Origin: Octopus bimaculoides
Lineage: Eukaryota
DNA: 38,854 nt
Reading direction: 5' to 3'
Assembly (NCBI RefSeq): GCF_001194135.2
Contig: NC_069003.1
Span: 35,101,375 to 35,140,228 of the forward strand
Of this stretch, positions 1 to 10,601 are shown piece after piece (the stretch's first letter is position 1; each line of letters opens with the position of its first letter). A program made the position numbers and the translations under genes. The notes under the pieces were generated by a model, which made no database searches, was not told the DNA's origin, and saw nothing but the letters and a program-made list of their open reading frames with translations.

Positions 1-174
1 GGAAACGCACCAACTGAGAAATAACTATTTAGATTTCTCAGGCAATATATTTTTCATTGCTTCGTACAAAAGATATTTCAAGCTCCTAAAAGGGGCCCAT
101 CATTAAAGAAATGTTTTCATAGTCTCACCAATAGAACTGTATGTGTACATGTGTGCATGTGTATTTGCATCTAC

Positions 175-214
<40 letters not shown>

Positions 215-751
215 ATGTACATAGAAAGATAGGGCTTTATTTCGCAAATGTATGTCATGCTTGTGGTGGTGGTCGTCGTACTTGGAAGCAGAGCACTTAT
301 CACAACAGGTTTTCTATTTATCATGTAATTTTCAATATCAAGTTTTGAGAAAGAGATAGAAGGGACGGGCTACAGCAGAACAAACATACCCTGAATCATC
401 CACCCTTATTATTATTATCATTATTGTTATTATCATTATTCTATTGCCCCCTATACCTACCCACCCCATTCATGGGTGTGTCATCTCTATTCCACCCTGC
501 ACCCTAGCTTTCTTTTTTTTTTTTATCTAGGGCTTTTATTTATTCAGGCTTTGAAATGAAGGATGAACAGGTTTAATGGATTATAAGAACACAATAAGAA
601 ATAGCAAATAAAAGATCGTCAGAGAACAGATCTTTTTTTCATATACATACATACACACACATATATATATATATACACATACATAACCTAATATCTCAAT
701 AAGATTCACTATTAGAATACAGATTCCTTAAGTCTGCTCTACAGCATAATG

Positions 752-1103
752 TCATCATCATTATCATCATCGTTTAACGTCCGCTTTCCATGCTGGCATG
801 GGTTGGATGGAAAGACTGTCTGGAGAGCCAGCAGCTGCACCAAGCTCCAATCTGATCTGGCAGTGTTTCTACAGCTGGATGCCCTTCCTAACGCCAACCA
901 CTCCGAGAGTGTAGTGGGTGCTTTTTACATGCCACCAGCACAGGAGGCAGTCAGGTAGGCCTGGCATCGATCATGTTTGGATAGTGCTTTTTACATGCAA
1001 CCAGCACGGGAGCCAGTCAGGGGGTACTGGCATCGACCACATTCAGATGGTGCTTTTTACATGCCATCAGCATGGGAGCCAGTCAGGGGGTACTGGCATC
1101 AAC
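752..1103 (-). mobile_element. SINE-like repeat family D with (ATG)n tail and three internal 66-bp tandem units
   Basis: Plus strand reads (CAT)n-CGTTTAACGTCCGCTTTCCATGCTGGCATGGGTTGG...GGATGCCCTTCCTAACGCCAACC. Units starting GTGCTTTTTACATG lie at 918, 984 and 1050. Homologous blocks occur at 10449-10601, 11915-12098 and 34222-34262. Confidence 0.85.
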
Positions 1104-1409
1104 TGTTGAACCCAAGAATGAAAACCACATCAGATGGTATTATAGCTCAGCTGTATATATTAAAGCAATACGCCAGCATAGCTTTAGCTGTGACAACTAA
1201 AATGAATTCAAAAACACATTTGCATGCATGTGTGTGTGTGCGTCTGTGCACTGATGCATATATTTATACAAACACAAGATTAAGAGAAATTAGTTTGTAC
1301 TTAAATAGTTCAATGAAACTGTATGAAACATGCATAGTTTATATGTTAAAGGCAACAGTAAGTATTCCCGAGAGACTCCTGCCAAAAACTATGTGAACAG
1401 TTTCAGATT

Positions 1410-1560
1410 TAAAGGGCTGAACCAGCCGAAACTTTGGCGTTTTGGATTAGATATCTTATCGCATGGAATTTAAGCTGTAATCTTTCACATTCCAAGTTCA
1501 AACTCATGCCACGGCTGACATTTCTCTTCACCCTTCCAGGGTCAATAAAATATATAACAA
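1410..1560 (+). mobile_element. Degenerate tRNA-derived SINE, family A
   Basis: AAGTTCAAACTC (B-box-like) followed by a degenerate ...CACCCTTCCAGGGTCAATAAAATA core matching other family A copies. Confidence 0.6.
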
Positions 1561-1603
1561 TGAAATGAGTTTCCTGGTTCTTAGGATAAATACATTGTGT
1601 TCC

Positions 1604-1825
1604 CACATTCACTCTTTGTGTGTGATTAGACTCGAAAAGTTTGTGAGGAACCCATTGACCCAATTTTATGACTTTTCCGATGGCATGCAGGCATCGATGA
1701 ATGGTTGAATGACCAAATCCAAGCTTCTCTGCTCGCTACTCAACATTTTTCCATTCGAGTCAATGTAGAATTACTGACAGTATTTAAGGAATTTTGATTT
1801 ACTGTCAGGTGACTTTTGGCCAGCC

Positions 1826-1828
<3 letters not shown>
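1604..1828 (-). mobile_element. Mariner (Tc1/mariner) remnant: one TIR plus an internal transposase fragment
   Basis: Minus-strand 1744-1604 translates VE*RAEKLGFGHSTIHRCLHAIGKVIKLGQWVPHKLFESNHTQRVNV, i.e. an HTH helix plus the mariner WVPHEL-type motif. The end at 1828 (CAGGGCTGGCCAAAAGTC on the minus strand) abuts TA at 1829-1830. Confidence 0.9.
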
Positions 1829-1866
<38 letters not shown>

Positions 1867-2692
1867 CATAAATATACAGGGATTAACATTGAGTTGCTTC
1901 TCCAACATACTGAAAATTTAGAAATAGCAGTCAAAGAACTACTGATTCTAAACTACAAATTTTTCGCCATCCATTTAGAGAAAAANNNNNNNNNNNNNNN
2001 NNNNNNNNNNNNNNNNNNNNNNNNNNNNNNNNNNNNNNNNNNNNNNNNNNNNNNNNNNNNNNNNNNNNNNNNNNNNNNNNNNNNNNNNNNNNNNNNNNNN
2101 NNNNNNNNNNNNNNNNNNNNNNNNNNNNNNNNNNNNNNNNNNNNNNNNNNNNNNNNNNNNNNNNNNNNNNNNNNNNNNNNNNNNNNNNNNNNNNNNNTGG
2201 TTTTACCGATAAAGGTTTTTTCATACTGAACTACTTGGCAAAATTGTTAATTATTAATTCTATTATTAATTGACGATTCTCTGCCCTTATTCTTATATAT
2301 ATATATATATATATGCAAAGCATGACCTTCACTTTATTTGCTGAAAGAATAATGAAAGGATCACTAAATGCCCTGGCTAATAACCCAAACCCCCATTATG
2401 GGAGCAGTGGGTTGTGGTGACCATTACATTCAGTATTCGGAGATGGGAACAATTACACTGACCCTTTTGATACTCCTTGATTTTACACAATTTGGCTGCT
2501 CACAGATTAATGAAATTTCATCAATATTTCTAGAACACTCCATTGTGCTACCAAAACAGCAATCAAAAACAGGATTCACTCTCTTAATTTTTTCTGGGAT
2601 TTTTTTTTTTTTCCCCTCCTTCCATTTGGTCAGATCAGTGCAGCTAGGGTACTTAGAACTGACAAGCTTTCTAAAACCTGCTCCCTTCCCTT

Positions 2693-2723
<31 letters not shown>

Positions 2724-2897
2724 CCCTTATTTTATAACTAATGAGAATCAAGCAAAAAAGAGATAAGCTGATCTAACTGACAACTAAGACAGGGCTCTTG
2801 ATAAAGACATGGTAGGAAGTGAAGTTGATTGGAATCACTTTGTTGTTGTTTGCTGAGGAGCGGTGGGGGGGGGAACAGACTAGTGCTGACAGGGGTA

Positions 2898-2930
<33 letters not shown>

Positions 2931-3229
2931 TCAGCTGGTAGTGATAGTGATGTGATGGTAAAGATTTTCATCTTTATTGTTGTTAAGTAGCCAACTGCCT
3001 CCCTCCTTTATTCTGTTTCAACCTTGTTTTGGTTCCATTCCAGCAGAACTATAAATACAGGAGATTGCCAAAGGAACACCTCAGAGCAACAGCCAAACAC
3101 CCCCCATCAACCCACCCTTCGCCCCAGAGTAAATCATAACGCAATCTATTCAGAAACAAGGAAGTGGATGGGGAGGGGGGGGGCAAACGTTTCTGTATCA
3201 TCTATCATGCAGTGATTATGTAACATCAG

Positions 3230-3264
<35 letters not shown>

Positions 3265-3896
3265 NNNNNNNNNNNNNNNNNNNNNNNNNNNNNNNNNNNN
3301 NNNNNNNNNNNNNNNNNNNNNNNNNNNNNNNNNNNNNNNNNNNNNNNNNNNNNNNNNNNNNNNNNNNNNNNNNNNNNNNNNNNNNNNNNNNNNNNNNNNN
3401 NNNNNNNNNNNNNNNNNNNNNNNNNNNNNNNNNNNNNNNNNNNNNNNNNNNNNNNNNNNNNNNNNNNNNNNNNNNNNNNNNNNNNNNNNNNNNNNNNNNN
3501 NNNNNNNNNNNNNNNNNNNNNNNNNNNNNNNNNNNNNNNNNNNNNNNNNNNNNNNNNNNNNNNNNNNNNNNNNNNNNNNNNNNNNNNNNNNNNNNNNNNN
3601 NNNNNNNNNNNNNNNNNNNNNNNNNNNNNNNNNNNNNNNNNNNNNNNNNNNNNNNNNNNNNNNNNNNNNNNNNNNNNNNNNNNNNNNNNNNNNNNNNNNN
3701 NNNNNNNNNNNNNNNNNNNNNNNNNNNNNNNNNNNNNNNNNNNNNNNNNNNNNNNNNNNNNNNNNNNNNNNNNNNNNNNNNNNNNNNNNNNNNNNNNNNN
3801 NNNNNNNNNNNNNNNNNNNNNNNNNNNNNNNNNNNNNNNNNNNNNNNNNNNNNNNNNNNNNNNNNNNNNNNNNNNNNNNNNNNNNNNNNNNNNNNN

Positions 3897-3971
<75 letters not shown>

Positions 3972-4369
3972 CTCCAAAAGAATAAAAGAATGCAAATATA
4001 CTAATTTACATACACACACCAGGAACACTGATATCAAATTCACACACATCTACTCAATGTGTGTGTGTGTGGATAGATAGATAGATAGATAGAATCACAC
4101 ACATATACACAGAGATAAACAGACAACTTTAGATTTAATGGAATTCCCAAGCAGTTTTCTGTAGCTCAACAATGGCCATTGATGAAAGTTCTCAGGTGAC
4201 CCACACATTATTATTCAATATAAATAACATTCCAAACACACTTGAAAAGACTACAGAAACACAAACACACACACACACAACACACACTCGTGTTCTTATA
4301 GAATGAAAACAGTGAAATGAATAATAATAATAATAGTAATAATAATTATCTTTAATTTTGAAACAAAAA

Positions 4370-4668
4370 GCAATTTTAGTGGAGGGGAAAATCCATTACA
4401 TTGACCCCACTGCTCTACTTTATTTTATCAACCCCCAAAAAGATGAAAGGCAAAGCTGACCTCAGCAGAATTTGAACACAGCTGAAAGAAATGCTAAGCT
4501 TTCTGTTTGGCACACAAAGGGTTCTGCCAGTCTGCAACCTTAATAATAAAAATACTCCGTTTTACTTTTGGCACAAGGCCTGGAATTTTGAGGGAGGAGT
4601 TAGCTGTTTATATCAATCCTTGCACTCAACTGTTGCTTATTTCATTAATACCAAAAAGATGAAACCGA
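4370..4668 (-). mobile_element. Two family A SINE fragments
   Basis: 4370-4490 contains GATGAAAGGCAAAGCTGACCTCAGCAGAATTTGAAC. 4562-4668 contains TTTTGGCACAAGGCC...GATGAAA. Both are antisense to the 8085-8240 copy. Confidence 0.8.
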
Positions 4669-4858
4669 AAATGCCACAAAGCAATTTGTCTGGTGTGCTA
4701 ACGATGAAAATGGAAGTGGAACTGTATGTAAAACTGTTGCATCAAGCAGATGTGCTGCGCTAGAACAAGCAGCACCCACTCAGTCCAGTCGTCATGCTTG
4801 AAGATAAGGCTTAAGAAGGATTATGGAGCTTTGATGGAATGTAATTTGAAAGTTAGGA

Positions 4859-5377
4859 ATGAAGAAGGCAGAGGTGTTGGTGGCGGTAGAATGTTTTCAG
4901 AAACTGATAAAACAGAGAGATGTGTGTGAGTTGACAGAAAATAAATTAATGAGTTAAGCATGTATAATTCTGAGAAGAGATTGGCTGACATAGGTTGAAA
5001 TAGAAAGTTTACAGAGAGAAAAAACCAATGAAGAGATGAAGAGTGTCAAAGAAAGGGTGAATGAATACATTGTGCAGATTGAAGAATTTGAAGAATTAAA
5101 TGAAAACAGCATCAATTGTTTGGAAAGAAATGAAGTTGACATGGCAGCGGACAATACAAACAAAATAAGCAAAGATGATGGGATTGACAATATTAAGAAT
5201 TTGATGGGAATATTTGCAAATGATACAGTCGTGGAATAATTTCTAATACCTGAAGATTTAAGAGACGGACAGTAAAATGTTTTGATACAATTAAAAGAAA
5301 TTCTCAAGAATTCTGAAAGTCTAAAGACAAAAGACATTCTATTTAAGATAGACTGGCAGAGGAAGTCTCCTAGCTGA
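4859..5377 (+). pseudogene. Decayed coding-like frame, E/K/N/I-rich and coiled-coil-like, of unknown origin
   Basis: One frame runs from ATG 4859 to TGA 5377 with four internal stops (TAA 4955, TAG 4991, TAA 5237, TAA 5273). Translation includes VEIESLQREKTNEEMKSVKERVNEYIVQIEEFEELNEN...LIQLKEILKNSESLKTKDILFKIDW. No microsatellite content. Family not recognised. Confidence 0.5.
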
Positions 5378-5487
5378 AGCAAAAAGTCAATACTACTTTA
5401 TTAGCGCGGTCTCTAACATGCATTGAGTAGATAAACTGGCCATGGTTTTACCCATTGGCCATGGTTTTACCCATGGCCCATGGAACT

Positions 5488-5730
5488 TTGAGTGTAGTGA
5501 GTGCTTTTTACATGCCACTGGCACAGGGGCCAGACGGGGGCTGGCATCAACCATGATCAGATGGTGCTTTTTATGTGCCACCGGCATGGGAGCAAGTCAA
5601 GGTGGTGCAGGCACCAGCCATGTTCGGATGGTGCTTTTTACATGCCACCGACAGAAGCCAGTCGGAGCGAGGGGGCTGGCATCAACCACATTCAGATGGT
5701 GCTTTTCATGTGCCACCGGCATGGGGACCA
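5488..5730 (-). mobile_element. Family D fragment: four tandem 63-68 bp units
   Basis: GTGCTTTT..TGCCAC units start at 5501, 5564, 5631 and 5699 and are homologous to the 918-1103 units. Confidence 0.85.
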
Positions 5731-6789
5731 CTAAAAGTGGCAAATAAATAACACGCAGCAGGCAGTGGGAGCATACAAACATTTAACGCCATCAAACAGT
5801 TGGGGTTTCTTTTTTAAATTTTTGTAGCAGCAGTAGCAATAGTAGTAGTAGTAGTAGTAGGAAATGATTATCAAACATTCTGTCAGACAAAATAACTTGA
5901 GCAAAATTTCGGGAGTTAATCGTTGCATGAAATGTTGAATAAGTTGACAAGAGATAATCCAGAATGATATGTTATCAGATCTTGGCTGTTCTTACAGCAA
6001 ACAGCTAACATCACTTCCACTATTTTTAAAGACAAAAACAGAGAGAGAGAAAGAGAGAGGGGCCATAGAGAGAAGGCATGTCTGTAGGCAATGGCTGCAA
6101 ATCTAGAAAATATACTTGATAAAGTAGAGATGAGAAGAATAGAAGAGGCTGGATTGAAGCAGTTGAGTTGATAAGTGCAAAAGATAATAAACCATGCAAC
6201 TCAATGCAAAATGTTCTGAGTGAGAAATTACATGAGTCAGAAGATTTATTTCATTAAAAGATTACTAATACGTCGGAGAGCAGACATTAGCTTTCGTTTC
6301 ATTTCATTTTGTTGCTTCTTTTTTTAAATCTCTTCCGTACTTTTTTCCCTCTACATCATGCTTTATTTCTTCAGTTCCCGCCTCACTCCTGCTCCTTTGC
6401 CATTTATCAAGTTCTCTCAATCAGGCAGAGAGAACTAATTCCACAGACAAAATTAGAGAAAAAGGAATGGTGAAAAGTAAGCTAAGGTGTTGAGGTAGCT
6501 TCCATTTGCAATATCCTATGTAACTGTACACTTCAATAAGGTTATTTTCTTCCTTTTGTTTTTTTTGTATTTTGCAATTTTTTTTTTTCATTTTATTTAT
6601 TGAATTTCCTTCCTGTTCTCACTTTCCCTTAAGTACCAACCTCCTTCAAAACCAGACAGGTTTTATTACAGTTTTAGTTCAACAATTGAACCCACCATTA
6701 AAAGTACTTTTTTTTTTAAATAAAAAAAAGAAAAAAAGAAACCATCACCATGCCACACAAAATGCTTCACAAAATTTCATCTCGCTCAC

Positions 6790-7075
6790 TTTGCTCAAAG
6801 TTCAAATCTCACTGAGGTCAACTTTGTCGCTCATCCTTCTGGGATCAATCAAATGAAGTACCAATAAAGTAGTTGGGGGAGGGTATAATTCACTTGCCCC
6901 TTCCCATCAAAATTATTATTATTATCATCATTATTATTATTATTAAGGCTGTGAGCTGGCAGAAATGTGAGCACACTGGGCAAAGTGCTAAGTGATATTT
7001 CTTTCAGCTCATAACATTCTGAGCTCAACTTTGCCTTTCATCCTTTCGGGATCAATAAAATAATACCAGTCATGT
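6790..7075 (+). mobile_element. Two tandem family A SINE copies
   Basis: 6790-6915 contains AAGTTCAAATCTCACTGAGGTCAACTTTG. 6945-7075 has a tRNA-like head GAGCTGGCAGAAATG and the core TTTGCCTTTCATCCTTTCGGGATCAATAAAATAATACCAG. Confidence 0.85.
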
Positions 7076-7331
7076 TGGTGGTGGGGTGGGGGCAATGTAA
7101 CATGTGGCAAAGCTGCAATGTGTTGCAATGGTGCAACATGTGAGTATGTTGCAACATGTGGCAACATCACAACATGTGACAGCTCTAGTTTTGACGTGTC
7201 TACACAGCAACAGCAAAATGACAGCATAACATTTCATTGCTAGTGGGAAATTATTGTTCTGCTTTATGAGTTTTCATTTTACAAACGATCTCCAGGAACA
7301 AATTAACTCGTATATCAAGACATTCCTGTAC

Positions 7332-7735
7332 TTAACTCTTTAGCATTTAAACAGACCATATCTGGCCCAAATATTCTATCTATTTTTAAGGTCAAACCAG
7401 CCAGGTCTGACTCCACACACTGACCCCTAGCATGTCATTCTAAAGGCAAACAATCACATCATTTGAAATAACGAAAGCTACAAGACAATGCACGATTAAT
7501 TCAAAATGAGGGTTTCACATTTTGGCACAAGGCTAGAAATTTGGCGGCGAGCGGTAAGTCAATTACATCAATCGCCTTCTCCTGAAATTACATCAACCCC
7601 AGTGTGCAACTGGTACTTATTTTATTGACTCCCCAAACAATAAAAGACAAAGTCAAACTCGGTTTGATTAATTCAAAATAATGTGAATAAATACGCATAA
7701 CATTTGACAGAGTAATCCGAATGCTAAAGGTTGAA
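7332..7735. mobile_element. piggyBac-like MITE interrupted by a SINE
   Basis: Left end TTAA-CTCTTTAGCATT (7332-7347). Right end AATGCTAAAGG-TTGAA (7720-7735) is an imperfect inverted repeat with a degenerate TTAA. TTAA plus CCCT-type termini is the established piggyBac signature. Confidence 0.7.
7508..7665 (-). mobile_element. 5'-truncated family A SINE with 14-bp target-site duplication
   Basis: GATTAATTCAAAAT occurs at 7494-7507 and 7666-7679, flanking family A sequence (AACTGGTACTTATTTTATTGAC). Confidence 0.85.
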
Positions 7736-8084
7736 CTGTTAATAAACAGCCCAGTCATCCTAGCTGTAAGTAGGTACCACAAGGGGTGTACCGTTTAATA
7801 CAGTAACAAGTGGTGATAGACAAGTGGCTTGTTAGCTCGTTGCGTTGAATACAACTCTTCTTCCTGTTGTGATAAAAACTAATGTACTTATCCAGGAGGT
7901 GGTTTACCTCTCATCCACTGAACACTGCAGAATACACACATTATTACTATGAAAATATTGGATTTACCAAAGCAAGGATTAGCTTTTTATCAACATATTG
8001 GAGGATATACTTTAATACAACACAACCGATGAGGTAATTAATTAATTACTCTTAACAACAAGTGAAAATTTTATTCATCCTTCA

Positions 8085-8244
8085 ATCTTTATGTTCCGAG
8101 TTCAAATTCTGCCGAGGTTGACTTTGCCTTTCATCCTTTCAGGGTCGATAAAGTAAGTACCAGTTGAATACTGGGATCGATTTAATCAACCTGTCCCCTC
8201 CGCCAAAATTGCTGCCCTTGTGACAAAATTTGAAATCATCATCA

Positions 8245-8275
<31 letters not shown>

Positions 8276-8425
8276 AAAGTGGTAGATTAGCAGAATTGAT
8301 AAAGACAAACAAAATGTCTTGCAGTGTTCCTTCGGGTTCTTTATGTTCTGAGTTCAAATCCCACTTAGGTCAAGATAACCAAAAGTTCCCCTCCCCTCAA
8401 ATTTCATACCTTGTGTCTATATTAG
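8085..8425 (+). mobile_element. Two tandem family A SINE copies (second internally deleted)
   Basis: B-box-like GTTCAAATTC at 8100 and GTTCAAATCC at 8352. Core GCCGAGGTTGACTTTGCCTTTCATCCTTTCAGGGTCGATAAAGTAAGTACCAG. Tail CCTTGTGACAAAATTTGAAA followed by (ATC/ATT)n. Confidence 0.9.
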
Positions 8426-9334
8426 CAGTTGTTGTTGTGATAACATCACAACCAAATGCCAGAAGTGTGATTCACACCAGCTTTATTGATTTTAGAAGAA
8501 ATTTGTTGCATTATAGAAATAGAAGGAAGGTGTAGGGGTGGGGGTGGGGGAGAGGTATGATAATCATTGTGGTGGTTATGACAATGATACTGGTCATGAG
8601 AGTGGTGATGAGGATGCTGGAGATGGAAGGGTAAAAAACAAAAAAAAAACAAACAATCAAAAAAAAGATAGAAAAAGTTGAGGAACTGGTGTATGCAAAG
8701 ACCAGAATGGAAGAAAACGGAGAAATTAGATGAAACGAAAACTAAAAGAAATATATTGTATTGGAGAGAGGGTGGGGGTAGGAAGAGAAAAAGAGGAAGA
8801 AAGAAAGAAAGGGAACAGTATTAAAAGAAGGAGAAAGTAAAAAGACCAAAGCAAAACTAAAGTAGTACACCCCTACCCCTTTCCCAGCAACCTGAAGGAA
8901 ATTTCAGAAATCCTCAAAGAGAGAGAGAGAGAGATGGTTGTTTGAGCTGTGAAGTTTTTTTTTGTTTGTTTTTTTTTCCAGGATTAGTTTCAAGAAATGT
9001 ATTAAAATAATTATATCAACACATTCCAATGTATTCACTGGGGTGATGTGACTAATATAGTCTAGGGTGGTGGTGGTGGTGACAGTGGTAGCTGTAGAAG
9101 CAGTTACAATGGTGGTGGTGGTGATGACAAAAGTGTTGTGGTTGTTAGTGGTGGCCAGCAGATGTGGTGGTGGTGGTGGCAGTGACAATGGTGATGGTGG
9201 AAGAAGTGGTAGTGGTGGTTGTGACAATGGTGGTGGTGCTGTACTTTCAACTACAGCTTCTCACATTTTCTCTACCACCAACAATACCACTACCTATACT
9301 ATCATCAACACCAAAACTAACCCACCACCACCAC

Positions 9335-9517
9335 AGGACCTCTACATGGTTGTGCACGCTGCAAGCAATAGCAGCTAAATTTCCTCAAATTTTTCAGATA
9401 ACTACCAAATTCCTTTGATGAAAACCCTTTAAAAAAGAACCAGGATAGGCAAAGCTGGAATGTCTTTGTTCATAAGTATGGTGTTCAATCATAACGGACC
9501 TGGGGTTAAACAGTAAC
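9335..9517 (+). mobile_element. Interspersed repeat family E (SINE-like)
   Basis: Head CCTCTACATGG...AATAGCAGCTAAAT and tail GGACCTGGGGTTAAACAG. Fragments also at 14884-14935(-), 18972-19042(-), 20297-20400(+), 28270-28345(+), about 30035-30065(-), about 30855-30890(-) and 34356-34406(-). Confidence 0.7.
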
Positions 9518-9960
9518 ACCACCAGTCATACTACCACTACCACCACCATCACAAACACCAACAACACTACCACCACTAATACACAACCAACTTCACTATG
9601 ATTGCGATCAACGTTTCCACTACCATCATTACCATCAACATGACCACCACCCCTATCACGATAACCACTACTACTACCACCACCACCACCGCCACCACCA
9701 CCACCACCACCAAGAACCGAAAAAGGTTCGTTCAATTAACATCTTTAAAAAGAAAACTGCCACAACCAAACAGAACCATTAAAAATAGCAACGCCAACGA
9801 CAGCAGCAGCAACAAGAATTGTCAAAAAACTGTTCCACCTGCATAATTCCCAGAATGACTCAACAGGAGTTCTTGGATGAAGTCTCAATTTAGAACCGTT
9901 CTTTATATACTTTCACACTTTCTTAGACTTTGGCATTGTGTATTCAGATGATTGACTCAC

Positions 9961-10024
9961 TGAGATGTGATGTGATATGACCAGCTGAGTCCCCGAGGGG
10001 GCCACGAGATGACCAGCTGGGTCA
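9961..10024 (-). other. Candidate 64-nt exon (unconfirmed)
   Basis: On the minus strand: acceptor ttcctcttgtgtttcag, a GC-rich 64-nt body, donor CA|gtgagt. Two frames are open (DPAGHLVAPSGTQLVISHHIS or TQLVISWPPRGLSWSYHITS). No homology recognised. Confidence 0.2.
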
Positions 10025-10270
10025 CTGAAACACAAGAGGAACAACCGAGTCACTGGTGCACCACAAGGACACAAGATGACCGGTTGAATGACTATCCAAT
10101 GTATAAATATATTCATGTTTGTTTGCTATGCCAAGTTATAATAAAAACAATTTAACATTAAACTGAGGAATTAATGCTCTTAGACAGCACATTTTTTGTT
10201 CTTTAATTAGCAAGAATAGCATTGACAGTGACGGCAAAGCTTCTGCTTGCTGGCCTTCATTGGACTCCGA

Positions 10271-10392
<122 letters not shown>

Positions 10393-10448
10393 TCGCATAT
10401 ACTATGGTATCATAGAAAAAAAGCTCCCGGTGTACATTGTAAAGAGGT

Positions 10449-10601
10449 TGGTATTGAGTTAGGGAGGGTATCCAGCTGTAGAATCTATGCCCTAATCTGA
10501 CATTGGGATCTGACACAGATCTGTGGCTCACCAGGGTCTGCCAAACCATCCCACCCATGCCAGCATGAAAAACAGACATTAAATGATGATGATGATGATG
10601 A
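10449..10601 (+). mobile_element. Family D 3' portion with (ATG)n tail
   Basis: GGGAGGGTATCCAGCTGTAGAA...CCCATGCCAGCATGAAAAACAGACATTAAATGATGATG is the reverse complement of the 752-900 block. Confidence 0.85.

Noticed and set aside
4954-5382. 142-aa minus-strand ORF
   Set aside because: It is a Ser/Leu/Phe/Ile-rich antisense shadow of the purine-rich plus-strand frame.
918-5730. CRISPR-like appearance of the GTGCTTTTTACATGCCA repeats
   Set aside because: The intervening segments are homologous to each other, the arrays lie inside a eukaryotic retroposon, and there is no cas gene or leader.
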